Assembly (NCBI GenBank): GCA_947625705.1
Contig: CANQPG010000005.1
Location: 2,531-66,530, forward strand
DNA: 64,000 bases
From: an uncultured Peptococcaceae bacterium
Lineage (GTDB): Bacteria > Bacillota > Dehalobacteriia > UBA4068 > UBA4997
Reading direction: 5' to 3'
Shown: positions 19,027 to 27,643 of the stretch, piece by piece
Position numbering within the stretch: position 1 is the stretch's first letter
Layout: each line of letters begins with the position of its first letter
Notes under the pieces: generated by a model
The model's input: the letters and a program-made list of their open reading frames with translations, nothing else
Told to the model about the DNA's origin: nothing
Databases searched by the model: none
Translations under genes and position numbers: made by a program

Positions 19027-19144
19027 AATCGGTTCCTCCTTAGGGAAAAACACAAATAAGATCAACGCAAAAAGTTTCGGCTCTCGGCGGAAAACGTCCC
19101 CAAAACGTGCTCCGCCGAAGGCCGAAGCCTCCGGCGAAGTAAGT

Positions 19145-19771
19145 TTAGGAAACTTTCTGTTCAGCCTTGATGGTAACAGGAATGTTGTAAGTCAGCGTGC
19201 CGGCAGCGGAATCAGTGCCAACCTTGGTGTCAAGTTTGTCCCCTGTAAGAGTGTTATCATAATCGGTCGCGTCCCACTTCCAGTAAACAGTCTGAGTAGA
19301 CTTCTTGGAAGCGGCATTAGTCAGCACATCGCCGGTCAGGGTGGCTTTGCCGCCGGTCACGGTCAGGGGAGTATTGCAAGTGGAATCGGAATAGAACTTG
19401 ACCGGTGCCTTAGCAATAGCAGGATCGCTCATGTCCATTTCGATAGTGTAAGTAAACGCAACCTCGGTGCCGGTGCCGTCCACCGCCAGCTGGAACGAGC
19501 CGGTGGTGCCGGGAGCGATCTTATCGGCCGCCACCAGGTTGGCATTTTCCTTAGCCGTGTCTTTCAAATTCAACGCGATCTGGGTCGTATCGTCGTACTC
19601 TGTGGAACCCCCGTCAGTGAACTTGATCGCCCACTTGGCCACCGTCGCCGTAGCAGTACCGCTGGCCTCGCTGGCATACTTGGCCAGCGTGCCCGCCGTC
19701 AAACTCATGGTGACCAGACACAACACCAGCGTCAGGACGGTAAGCCGGCCGACAATTCCTTTCTTTTTCAT
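19145..19771 (-). CDS. Secreted TasA/BsaA-like protein 1, a putative SipW-cognate substrate and likely the major subunit. It carries the motif TLA|KYASEASGTATATVAKWA.
   Basis: N-terminus MKKKGIVGRLTVLTLVLCLVTMSLTAGTLAKYASE. RBS AGGAGGAAACGAACATG. It lies immediately downstream of sipW2. The mature part is beta-rich and Thr/Gly/Asp-rich. Confidence 0.6.
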   Translation of the reverse strand: MKKKGIVGRLTVLTLVLCLVTMSLTAGTLAKYASEASGTATATVAKWAIKFTDGGSTEYDDTTQIALNLKDTAKENANLVAADKIAPGTTGSFQLAVDGTGTEVAFTYTIEMDMSDPAIAKAPVKFYSDSTCNTPLTVTGGKATLTGDVLTNAASKKSTQTVYWKWDATDYDNTLTGDKLDTKVGTDSAAGTLTYNIPVTIKAEQKVS

Positions 19772-19800
19772 GTTCGTTTCCTCCTATGTTATAAATTGTA

Positions 19801-20460
19801 TTATTTTGACCGCGTTTCCGCGGCTTGGAGCCCATCTTCGGTGTTCTCGCCCCGCTCCAATTCTTTCAGGCGGGCTTCCAGCTCCTGCGTCCGCGCTTTT
19901 TCGCGCCGGGCGTCCATGCTGCGGCGCAGCACGTCCCACCCCACCAGGATCAGCAGCGGGCAGATGATAAACACGATCATGCCGGTGGTGGTCTGCATAA
20001 ACATGGCAAGCGACCCCAGCTTCGCAATATGTATGCCGGTGTAGACGCCCTCTACCTGTTCGGGACTTACTGCCAACTGGTCGGCAGTGTTATTGGCGTC
20101 GCCCCGGGTGACATAGCGCACCTCGCCGTCCACCTGCGTCACCTCGGCGATACGGTGGGTAACCGCAATGCTTTCACCGGTAAGGTAGCAAATCACATCG
20201 CCTTGAGAAAGCCCCGCCGGGTCGTCGGTATGGCGAATGAAAATCATATCGCCGGCGGCAAATGTCGGCTCCATCGAGTCGGAAAGACATATCACCGGGC
20301 TGTAACCCGCCACGCTGGGAATATGGTCAGCGTCGGTATAGGTTTTGGTGATCAGAACCAGATTGATCAGAATGATCGGAATAAAAATCAGGCAGAGAAT
20401 ACCGCCAAGCACATTGATCAGAACCCCGCCGGAGCTCTTTTTTTCTTGCCGAGACGTCAT
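19801..20460 (-). CDS. sipW: Signal peptidase I, SipW/Sec11 (ER/archaeal) type, copy 2. It is the first gene of the operon.
   Basis: Motifs SDSMEPT, VTHRIA and RGDANNTAD. The ORF track starts at TTG 20544. The ATG at 20460 is preceded by AAGGAGG plus a 5-nt spacer, which gives MTSRQEKKSSGGVLINVLGGILCLIF. Confidence 0.85.
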   Translation of the reverse strand: MTSRQEKKSSGGVLINVLGGILCLIFIPIILINLVLITKTYTDADHIPSVAGYSPVICLSDSMEPTFAAGDMIFIRHTDDPAGLSQGDVICYLTGESIAVTHRIAEVTQVDGEVRYVTRGDANNTADQLAVSPEQVEGVYTGIHIAKLGSLAMFMQTTTGMIVFIICPLLILVGWDVLRRSMDARREKARTQELEARLKELERGENTEDGLQAAETRSK

Positions 20461-20580
20461 TGCGGCCTCCTTCCAACGGGGACACATACCCGCTGTAAAT
20501 GTTATCCTGCCCGGCTGCCTTTGGCTTGGGCGCCGCCGGGTCAATTATGCGGGCAAAATGCAGCTATACCCCATAATATT

Positions 20581-20609
20581 ATTATAAATGTACAATTCGG
20601 CTGTGTCAA
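20581..20609 (-). promoter_or_regulatory. Consensus sigma-A-type promoter for the sipW-fibre-adhesin operon: TTGACA-17 nt-TATAAT
   Basis: Seen directly on the minus strand: cTTGACAcagccgaattgtacattTATAATaata. It lies about 115 nt upstream of the sipW2 ATG. Confidence 0.55.
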
Positions 20610-20891
20610 GTTGGGAATTTTCGGAAGCAAAAAACGCCGGTTTACAATCCCCTTTCCATAGGTTAAACAGCAAAGCCCGGCTGGTAAAGCCATTATAACA
20701 CAGCATAATCGGGAATTGACGCCATTGCGCAGAATTCAGGCTTTTTTGCGTAAAATTGCCCGGCGGGCTGGCTGAATATGCCAAAAAAGTTTCGTTCCTC
20801 GAAAAACATTCGAAAAACGAAGCTTTTATCATACAGCAAAGTTTGACACTTTGGCCGCAGCTGTCTGTATTTTTTTCAAGCAGAGCTTTTA

Positions 20892-22085
20892 TTATATTAT
20901 GCCAAGAACAATCTTTAGGCGCAGAATACGCAAAACCGATGCGTTGATTTGCTCTTCGTCGATATCGCCGCTTTCTAGCGCACTCAGTACGGCGGGGATT
21001 TGTTCTGCAAAATCGGTGCAGCACAGCAAATCGTTGCCTGCCTGCACCGCCAAAACGGCGATTTCCGTATCATTGGCAAATTCCCGCACACCATCCATGG
21101 CAAGGTCGTCGCTAATGATAACCCCCGAAAATCCCAACTCGTTTCTCAAAATACTATGAACCTTAGGGGAAAGAGAGGCCGGTTGGCTGCTATCCATAGA
21201 ACTAACGACGTTATGAGATACCAGCACCATACCGGCGTCGCTGTCAATACCGGCCATAAAGGGAAGAAAATCAGCCGTCTGAAAAGTATCGTAAGAACGG
21301 TCGTCATAAGCAATCCCCGTGTGAGTATCCACATTGTTTCCATAGCCCGGAAAGTGTTTAAGCACGCTGCCTATACCCTCCGAATTCATTACTTCAACCA
21401 CCGTTCTGACGTATTCGGACGTTTGCTGCGCGTCCTGCCCAAAGCTGCGGCGATAAATAAAATCGCTGGGGTTTTGCGATATATCACAAACCGGGGCAAA
21501 ATTCAAATTGACGCCCAAGGCGTTCAGCAGCTCGCATTTTGCCTGCGTGTCGCTGCGGATCAAATCAAACCCGCCCTCGGCATAAAGATCCTGCGGCGAC
21601 CAGAAAGGAACGGCCCGCAGCTTGGGGTTCAGGCTGATCCTATTAACCGCGCCGCCCTCTTCGTCCACACCGATAAACATAGGTATGGCAGCCGCGTCCT
21701 GGTAGCTTTGAATTGTCTGAGCAACTTCCGCTTTGGTTTTATCGGCAAAATCCCGGCCAAAAAGAATATACCCGCCCAGATGATATTCCGCCGCTTGCCG
21801 GGCGGCGTCTGCTTTCGGGCAGCGGGCAATAAACATTTGCCCCACTTTTTCTTCCGGCGTCATTCCGTCCAGAATGGTCTGGCACCGCTCCGCCACCGGA
21901 TCGGCCGGCGGCAAGTCCACCGCTGGCTCCGGTTCGCGCCCCACCGTAACGTCAGCCACCGGGAGACTGAAAAAAGTGTCAATTACATATAACACAAGCA
22001 AAAAGGTTACAGAGAAAACAAACAGCTTTTTAATTCCCGTTCGCAGCCGTTTTTTTCGTACTTTACCCACATATATAGCCTCCAA
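20892..22085 (-). CDS. Membrane-anchored glycoside hydrolase family 3 beta-N-acetylhexosaminidase (NagZ-like)
   Basis: N-terminal TM segment. Motifs KVGQMFI, GGYILFGRDF and KHFPGYG...THTG fit the GH3 N-terminal catalytic domain. Confidence 0.8.
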   Translation of the reverse strand: MEAIYVGKVRKKRLRTGIKKLFVFSVTFLLVLYVIDTFFSLPVADVTVGREPEPAVDLPPADPVAERCQTILDGMTPEEKVGQMFIARCPKADAARQAAEYHLGGYILFGRDFADKTKAEVAQTIQSYQDAAAIPMFIGVDEEGGAVNRISLNPKLRAVPFWSPQDLYAEGGFDLIRSDTQAKCELLNALGVNLNFAPVCDISQNPSDFIYRRSFGQDAQQTSEYVRTVVEVMNSEGIGSVLKHFPGYGNNVDTHTGIAYDDRSYDTFQTADFLPFMAGIDSDAGMVLVSHNVVSSMDSSQPASLSPKVHSILRNELGFSGVIISDDLAMDGVREFANDTEIAVLAVQAGNDLLCCTDFAEQIPAVLSALESGDIDEEQINASVLRILRLKIVLGII

Positions 22086-22144
22086 AAGTATTATTTAGTT
22101 AGCTCCGGACGTAAAGCCGCCGCAGACGCCGCTTCCTTTAACGA

Positions 22145-22627
22145 TCATTTATATCCCGGCTCCGCTGCTTTTATCTCCATATAATCCGCCATATCGGTAA
22201 AGCCCATTTTCTGATATAGACGCCGCCCGCTGGCCGAGGTTTCCAAAAATACCTTGGTAAAGCCTTTCTGCTTGGCCGCTTGGATAAGCCAGCTGACGGT
22301 TTCCTGCCCGACGCCGTTGCCGCGATATTCCGGTACGGTATAAATATTCATCAGATAAGCACAGCCGCCGTTGGGGTTATCCGGTGAGGGCATTTCCCGG
22401 TAAAGGCACACCCCGCCGCAGCCGACGATTGTATCGCCGCTGTAAGCGAAGCAGGCAATATGCCCCTCGGCCGGCAGTGCCGTCTGATAATAAAGGCGGT
22501 TTTCCCGCGCCAGCCGTTCGTCCTGTTCGTCCGCGGCCAGCGCAAACACCTCCTGCAAAACTCTCAGCCGCCACTTAACCAACAAATCAATATCGGCAAT
22601 ACCGGCTTTTCTGATCTTAATATCCAT
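22145..22627 (-). CDS. GNAT family N-acetyltransferase
   Basis: 160 aa. The acetyl-CoA binding motif is RGNGVGQETVSWLIQAAKQKG. Confidence 0.8.
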   Translation of the reverse strand: MDIKIRKAGIADIDLLVKWRLRVLQEVFALAADEQDERLARENRLYYQTALPAEGHIACFAYSGDTIVGCGGVCLYREMPSPDNPNGGCAYLMNIYTVPEYRGNGVGQETVSWLIQAAKQKGFTKVFLETSASGRRLYQKMGFTDMADYMEIKAAEPGYK

Positions 22628-24105
22628 TATAAGCTCCCCGCTTTCATCACCACCGGCAGTTTGGTCATATCCGGTTTACCGTTGGTATTCAGCGGAATCT
22701 GTGGCATTTTAACAATAAATTCCGGAATCATAAACGGCGTCAGATTTTCCGCCAGCTCCTTGCGCACGGCCGATACCTTTATGTTTTGATCGGCCGGTAC
22801 CACATAAGCCGTCATGTAGGCCAGGCCGTCCTCATCAACAAAGGCGCGGACGACTGCCTGCTGTACGTCCCGGCACTGATAAAGCCGGGATTCCACTTCG
22901 GCTACCTCGACGCGCTTGCCGTAGATCATAATTTGCGTATCCTTGCGGCCCAGAAACGCGATATTGCCGTCCGGCAGCACATAGCCCATGTCGCCGCTGC
23001 GATACATCGCTGCACCGTCAGCCAAATGCTCAAACGCTTGGTTTGCTTCCTCGTGCCCGCCGATATAGCCCATTGACACGCCATTGCCGTAAATGCAGAT
23101 CTCACCGGTTTGGCCGGGCGGCAGCTCTTTGCCGTCCGGATCCAAAATGCGGATATCCGCTCCCTTTACCGGCCGGCCGATCGGATAGGTGCCGTCGGCC
23201 AGAACCGTCCCGCCGTTACAGCGGTAATAAGACGCGCACACCGTGGTTTCCGACGGGCCATAGGTATTATACACTGCCGCCTGCTCCAGCAAATGCTCCA
23301 CATAAACGCCGCGCAGCACATCGCCGCCGCTAATCAGCAGCCGGACCGACGCGGGAATTTGCGGCAGATGGTTCAGCTCCGCCAGAAGATACGGAAAGCC
23401 GCTGATAATGCTCACACGGTGCCGCTCCGCAAACCGCATCAGGGCATGAATATCCGCCTTATCCTCCGCCGACGGAATAGCCAGCGCCGCGCCGTTCAGC
23501 AGGCTCGCAAACACCTCTTCCACAAAAATGTCAAACGAGCATACCGAGTATTGCAGCATAATGTCCCCCGGCGCCGGGTGAAATTCGTCGGCAAAAGCCC
23601 GCACATAATGGCAGACATTGCGGTTGGTCACGCAGACGCCCTTGGGGCGCCCGGTCGTGCCGGAGGTATAAAGCACATAGGCGGGCAGCTTCGGGTCATG
23701 CACGGCCTTTCTGGTCGGTACGGGCGTTTCCCTGCCGCAGATCTCGCAGTCGGTCAGGCGCAGCGGCAGCCCTTGCAGCTTATCCACGCTCGCCTTTTCG
23801 GTCAGGATAAAATCCACCGCCGCCTCCCGCATCATATCGCGCAGCCGTCCGGCCGGAAAATCCGGTTCGGCCGGTATGTATCTGGCGCCGCATTTCAGCA
23901 CGGCCAATATCGCCGCGATCATTTCCGCCGAATGGTTCATCACAATGCCGATACTGGTGACCTTTTCGGGAAAACTGCCCGCGATCATATCCACTAAATT
24001 AGATAGTTCGCCGAATGTCAGCGTCCGGTGGTTCTCGATGATCGCCGGCTCGTCGCGGTGATTGGCGACGACATTCGCAAAATAAGCATAAATTGTGTCT
24101 GTCAT
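22627..24105 (-). CDS. Standalone adenylation (AMP-binding) enzyme: DltA-like / amino-acid adenylation domain without a carrier-protein domain
   Basis: AMP-binding core YTSGTTGRPKGV, YGPSE, GDMGY...GR.D.Q..I.G.R.E. The real start is probably ATG at 24105 (MTDTIYAYF), preceded by GGAGAAACC. Confidence 0.8.
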   Translation of the reverse strand: MTDTIYAYFANVVANHRDEPAIIENHRTLTFGELSNLVDMIAGSFPEKVTSIGIVMNHSAEMIAAILAVLKCGARYIPAEPDFPAGRLRDMMREAAVDFILTEKASVDKLQGLPLRLTDCEICGRETPVPTRKAVHDPKLPAYVLYTSGTTGRPKGVCVTNRNVCHYVRAFADEFHPAPGDIMLQYSVCSFDIFVEEVFASLLNGAALAIPSAEDKADIHALMRFAERHRVSIISGFPYLLAELNHLPQIPASVRLLISGGDVLRGVYVEHLLEQAAVYNTYGPSETTVCASYYRCNGGTVLADGTYPIGRPVKGADIRILDPDGKELPPGQTGEICIYGNGVSMGYIGGHEEANQAFEHLADGAAMYRSGDMGYVLPDGNIAFLGRKDTQIMIYGKRVEVAEVESRLYQCRDVQQAVVRAFVDEDGLAYMTAYVVPADQNIKVSAVRKELAENLTPFMIPEFIVKMPQIPLNTNGKPDMTKLPVVMKAGSL

Positions 24106-24124
24106 AATGGTTTCTCCGTATCTT

Positions 24125-24808
24125 TTATCCGGCCAGAAGCCACGCAATGCCCGCCGCCGTTCGCTCGACCGCGTCTTTATAATGATTGCCCGGATTGAAT
24201 TGCAGCACCGTATCAATACCCTGCCCGGCATAAAAAGCATGGATCGCCTCGGTATGCTCCTGCACGGTTTTCAGATAAGGGTTGCGCGTTCTGCACTCCC
24301 GGTCACCAAGCGACATATACAGCCGCTCCGGCCGGCGTTTCATCTCATGCGAGAACACATATTCCTTAAAGCCCGGGAACCACAGCGAACCGGACATACT
24401 GGCGACCCGGCCAAAACGGTCGGTTTGGTAAGGGGCATACAGCGCAAACAACCCGGCCAGAGAATAGCCGGCCAGCCCCCGCCACAGGGGCACGCCTTGT
24501 ACCGATCGCTCCGCCTGCGGCATGATTTCGTTCAGCAAAAGCTTTAAGTATGCGTCTGCACCTCCCGTACACGGCGTATCGTTCTTCGAGATAGGCGGAA
24601 TGGCCCACGGCGCCATATCGTGATCCCATTCGAGTTTACCCACAACAACCAGCGTAAAATCCGGGCAGCCGCTATCCCGCAGCTTTTGATACACGCCGCC
24701 GTCGTCCGCCGCAAATGTATTCAAATACACCACGGGGCGGTTGGCCGCCGCGCTGGGATAAACCGTGACTATTCTGTTATCAATAACAAACTGATTTTCG
24801 CCGTTCAC
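24125..24808 (-). CDS. Alpha/beta hydrolase (esterase family, enterochelin-esterase/ferulic-esterase-like)
   Basis: 227 aa with an esterase-family fold and the nucleophile-elbow-like motif GYSLAG. Confidence 0.7.
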   Translation of the reverse strand: MNGENQFVIDNRIVTVYPSAAANRPVVYLNTFAADDGGVYQKLRDSGCPDFTLVVVGKLEWDHDMAPWAIPPISKNDTPCTGGADAYLKLLLNEIMPQAERSVQGVPLWRGLAGYSLAGLFALYAPYQTDRFGRVASMSGSLWFPGFKEYVFSHEMKRRPERLYMSLGDRECRTRNPYLKTVQEHTEAIHAFYAGQGIDTVLQFNPGNHYKDAVERTAAGIAWLLAG

Positions 24809-24916
24809 TTGCTGACACTCCTTATTGACATTTGCCGGTAATAAAATTATACTATATCAGGATAATAAATCAAGTAGTATATTTTATATTACATAGTTTT
24901 AAGAAGGTTACCAAGT

Positions 24917-25291
24917 ATGAAAGATCGCGAATATATGAGTTATGAACAGTATCTTATCAACGTCAAGAAAGGGATCGTGACCGATCAGGGCAACTGCCCG
25001 GTCACGCCGCTGCTGCAAAAACTGCAGGGCAAATGGAAAGCGCAGGTATTGTATGAGCTTTGTATTCATGACCCCGCCCGCTTCGGCGAAATCAGAAAGG
25101 ATCTGCCGGGGATCGCCAATGCCACGCTGTCAAATGTGCTGAAAGAGCTGGAGGAGGACGGCTTTATCAACCGGGTGCAGTTTAACGAGATCCCGCCCCA
25201 TGTGGAATATTCGTTTACGGCAAAGGGCCGCGATTTGATGCCGGTTTTTTATCAGATCATGGTGTGGGGCTTCAAGCACGAAAACGATTAA
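24917..25291 (+). CDS. HxlR-family winged-helix transcriptional regulator
   Basis: 124 aa. The sequence CPVTPLLQKLQGKWKAQVLYEL...RFGEI is the HxlR-type HTH signature. Confidence 0.8.
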   Translation: MKDREYMSYEQYLINVKKGIVTDQGNCPVTPLLQKLQGKWKAQVLYELCIHDPARFGEIRKDLPGIANATLSNVLKELEEDGFINRVQFNEIPPHVEYSFTAKGRDLMPVFYQIMVWGFKHEND

Positions 25292-25380
25292 AGTGTTGCC
25301 GTTTTGTTGCCGATTTGTTGCAGTTAGTTCGGTTTTTTGCGGTTATTTATGGTATTTTCGCACCTAAAAAGCACAAAAAA

Positions 25381-25425
25381 AGACCTGCCAAGCGCTTAAA
25401 TCAATGCGTTTAGCAGGTCTTTTGT
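25381..25425. terminator. Bidirectional rho-independent terminator. It serves the HxlR gene on the plus strand and the tRNA cluster on the minus strand.
   Basis: aaaaaaAGACCTGCcaagcgcttaaatcaatgcgtttaGCAGGTCTtttgtt. Confidence 0.6.
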
Positions 25426-25427
25426 TA

Positions 25428-25503
25428 TGGAGCGGGCAAAGAGATTCGAACTCTCGACTTCCACCTTGGCAAGGTGGCACTCTACCACTGAGTTATACCC
25501 GCA
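25428..25503 (-). tRNA. tRNA-Gly (anticodon GCC)
   Basis: The reverse complement GCGGGTATAACTCAGTGGTAGAGTGCCACCTTGCCAAGGTGGAAGTCGAGAGTTCGAATCTCTTTGCCCGCTCCA folds as a cloverleaf. Confidence 0.9.
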
Positions 25504-25580
25504 TGGTGCCTTGGGGCGGAATCGAACCACCGACACGAGGATTTTCAGTCCTCTGCTCTGCCAACTGAGCTACCAAGGCA
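25504..25580 (-). tRNA. tRNA-Phe (anticodon GAA)
   Basis: The reverse complement is GCCTTGGTAGCTCAGTTGGCAGAGCAGAGGACTGAAAATCCTCGTGTCGGTGGTTCGATTCCGCCCCAAGGCACCA. Confidence 0.9.
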
Positions 25581-25584
25581 AGTA

Positions 25585-25661
25585 TGGCGACGCAGATGGG
25601 GCTCGAACCCACGACCTCCAGCGTGACAGGCTGGCATTCTAACCAACTGAACTACTGCGCC
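25585..25661 (-). tRNA. tRNA-Asp (anticodon GTC)
   Basis: The reverse complement is GGCGCAGTAGTTCAGTTGGTTAGAATGCCAGCCTGTCACGCTGGAGGTCGTGGGTTCGAGCCCCATCTGCGTCGCCA. Confidence 0.9.
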
Positions 25662-25668
25662 ATGATAG

Positions 25669-25744
<76 letters not shown>

Positions 25745-25875
25745 ACAATCGACACCAACATCGTTTATTTTACCACAGAAAAAAGCGCTTGTCAACACTT
25801 TTTTAAGGCCAACAACGACCGGTTGTTGTCGAGAAGCGCCTTGGCGTTTCAGGGCAATCAAGTGATTGCTTGATT

Positions 25876-25905
25876 ATTGTACCCCAATACCGGGGGATTT
25901 GTCAA
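25876..25905 (-). promoter_or_regulatory. Candidate sigma-A promoter for the tRNA cluster: TTGACA-18 nt-TACAAT
   Basis: Minus strand: gcTTGACAaatcccccggtattggggTACAATaatc, about 130 nt upstream of tRNA-Val. Confidence 0.45.
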
Positions 25906-25942
25906 GCATTTTTTTGCAAATTTGCAAACTTTTTCCAACCTA

Positions 25943-26575
25943 TTAAATAAGCCGCGGGCAGAGGTCCCCCACCGGGCAGTCTGTGCATTTGGGGCGCCTG
26001 GCGTCACACACCCGGCGCCCGTGCCAAATAAACCAATGGTGCGCCTTTGCCCAATCCTCCTCCGGGATCAGGGCGCACAGATCCGCCTCCACCGTGTCCG
26101 GCGTTTTGCCGGCGGATAACCCCAGCCGGTGCGCCACACGATAGATGTGCGTATCCACCGCCAGCGCCGGCAGATTAAAGCCCACGCTCAGCACCACGTT
26201 GGCCGTCTTGCGCCCCACGCCGGGCAGCGCCACCAGCTCCTCCCGCGTATGCGGCACTTCGCCGCCGTATTGCGCCAGCAAAATCTGCGTGGCGGCCAGG
26301 ATATTCTTCGCCTTGTTCTTATACAGGCCACAGGTCTGGATCTTTTCCTCCAGCTCCGCCAGCGTCAGGGTAGCCATCTGCTGCGGCGTGCCGTAATCCG
26401 GGAACAGATCAGCGGTGATCTTGTTTACCTGATTGTCGTTGGTTTGGGCGGAGAGCATCACCGCCACCAGCAGCTGATACGTCGAGCCGAAGTGCAGCGC
26501 CGACCCGGTATCGGCGTACACCTCGGCCAGACGCGCCAGAATTTCCTGATAATGCTTGGGTCTTTCCTCGCTCAT
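25943..26575 (-). CDS. nth: Endonuclease III (Nth)
   Basis: HhH-GPD motif LVALPGVGRKTANVVL. The 4Fe-4S cluster C-X6-C-X2-C-X5-C is CDARRPKCTDCPVGDLC. The start is at MSEERPKHY. Confidence 0.85.
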   Translation of the reverse strand: MSEERPKHYQEILARLAEVYADTGSALHFGSTYQLLVAVMLSAQTNDNQVNKITADLFPDYGTPQQMATLTLAELEEKIQTCGLYKNKAKNILAATQILLAQYGGEVPHTREELVALPGVGRKTANVVLSVGFNLPALAVDTHIYRVAHRLGLSAGKTPDTVEADLCALIPEEDWAKAHHWFIWHGRRVCDARRPKCTDCPVGDLCPRLI

Positions 26576-27249
26576 GCCTCGCACTCCCCGCCGGGCGCAA
26601 GCACCGTGCATTTGGCGGGCGTATTCTGCTCCACCGCGGCCTTAAAAGCCGCCGCGTCCTGCTTTAACAGCGGGAACGTGTTGTAATGAATGGGCAGATA
26701 ATTCTTGGCGTTCAGCCATCTGGCGGCCGAAAGCGCGTCCGCCGGCCCCATGGTGTAATAATCGCCGATCGGGATAAACGCCCAATCGAGGTCATGCGGC
26801 GCGATGACCTCGCGCATATCGCCGAACAGCCCCGTATCCCCCGCGTGATACAGGCATTTGCCGTCCAGCCAGAAAATGAAGCCCACCGCCAGCCCGCAGG
26901 GCGTGCCGTCCGGCAGCTGCGAGCTGTGCCACGCCGGCACCAGCTTCACCGTGAGACCGTCCTCGAATGTAAACGAGCCGCCGATATTCATGCCCATCGC
27001 GTCCACACCCTGCGCCGAGAGCCAGTTCGCCAGCTCCACCATCGCCACCACCTTGGCGCCGGTGCGTTTGGCGATGGCCACCGTGTCGCCCAGATGATCG
27101 CCGTGGCCGTGCGTCAGCAGGATATAATCCGCCTGCACGTCCGCCGCCTTGGCCGCCGCTGCCGGGTTACCCGTCAGATAAGGGTCGAACAGCACCGTCT
27201 TGCTGCCGATGACCTGCACGCAGGCATGACCCAAAAATTTAATGCGCAT
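26572..27249 (-). CDS. MBL-fold metal-dependent hydrolase (UPF0173 family)
   Basis: The sequence MRIKFLGHACVQV...HGHGDH is the metallo-beta-lactamase HxHxDH motif. Confidence 0.75.
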   Translation of the reverse strand: MRIKFLGHACVQVIGSKTVLFDPYLTGNPAAAAKAADVQADYILLTHGHGDHLGDTVAIAKRTGAKVVAMVELANWLSAQGVDAMGMNIGGSFTFEDGLTVKLVPAWHSSQLPDGTPCGLAVGFIFWLDGKCLYHAGDTGLFGDMREVIAPHDLDWAFIPIGDYYTMGPADALSAARWLNAKNYLPIHYNTFPLLKQDAAAFKAAVEQNTPAKCTVLAPGGECEA

Positions 27250-27323
27250 AGCAAAAACCTCCCCGCGAAAATTCGTTTCTGCTTAAATTCTAGCATATTT
27301 CGCGGGGATACGCAAGCGCGCGG

Positions 27324-27596
27324 CTAAATTCGGCTGCTTTGCAGCCAGACCATCAGCCCCAGCACCTGCAAAAACAGCACGGCCAGCAGGTATGCGCCCG
27401 GCTTCCACATCACGTAACCGAACAGCAGCAGCGTGGAGAGAGCGAACAGCTGCCACAGCGAGCGCCCGCACCGAAAGCACAGCCGCGCCCACAGCCCCGG
27501 CTTTTTCAGACCGCCGCAGGGGCCGCAATCCGGCTTTTTACAGGAAAAGTTGGAGGAAAATTTTTTCAGCATGGCCAGCACCGCCCGGCAAAGCAA
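27324..27596 (-). CDS. Small hypothetical membrane protein with a CxxC..C Zn-ribbon-like N-terminus
   Basis: The ORF is only 90 aa and has a C-terminal TM helix. No family assignment could be made. Low confidence. Confidence 0.3.
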   Translation of the reverse strand: MLCRAVLAMLKKFSSNFSCKKPDCGPCGGLKKPGLWARLCFRCGRSLWQLFALSTLLLFGYVMWKPGAYLLAVLFLQVLGLMVWLQSSRI

Positions 27597-27643
27597 TTCT
27601 CTTTTAAGCCTATGCCCGACGCACCGCGTTGTGCCTGACCAAA

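Noticed and set aside
19467-19967. 166-aa plus-strand ORF
   Set aside because: It is antisense to the TasA-like protein 1 and sipW2 genes and has no independent support.
20545-21024. 159-aa minus-strand ORF upstream of sipW2
   Set aside because: It overlaps the promoter region and the 3' end of the GH3 gene on the same strand. It has no RBS and no recognisable domain. It is probably non-coding.
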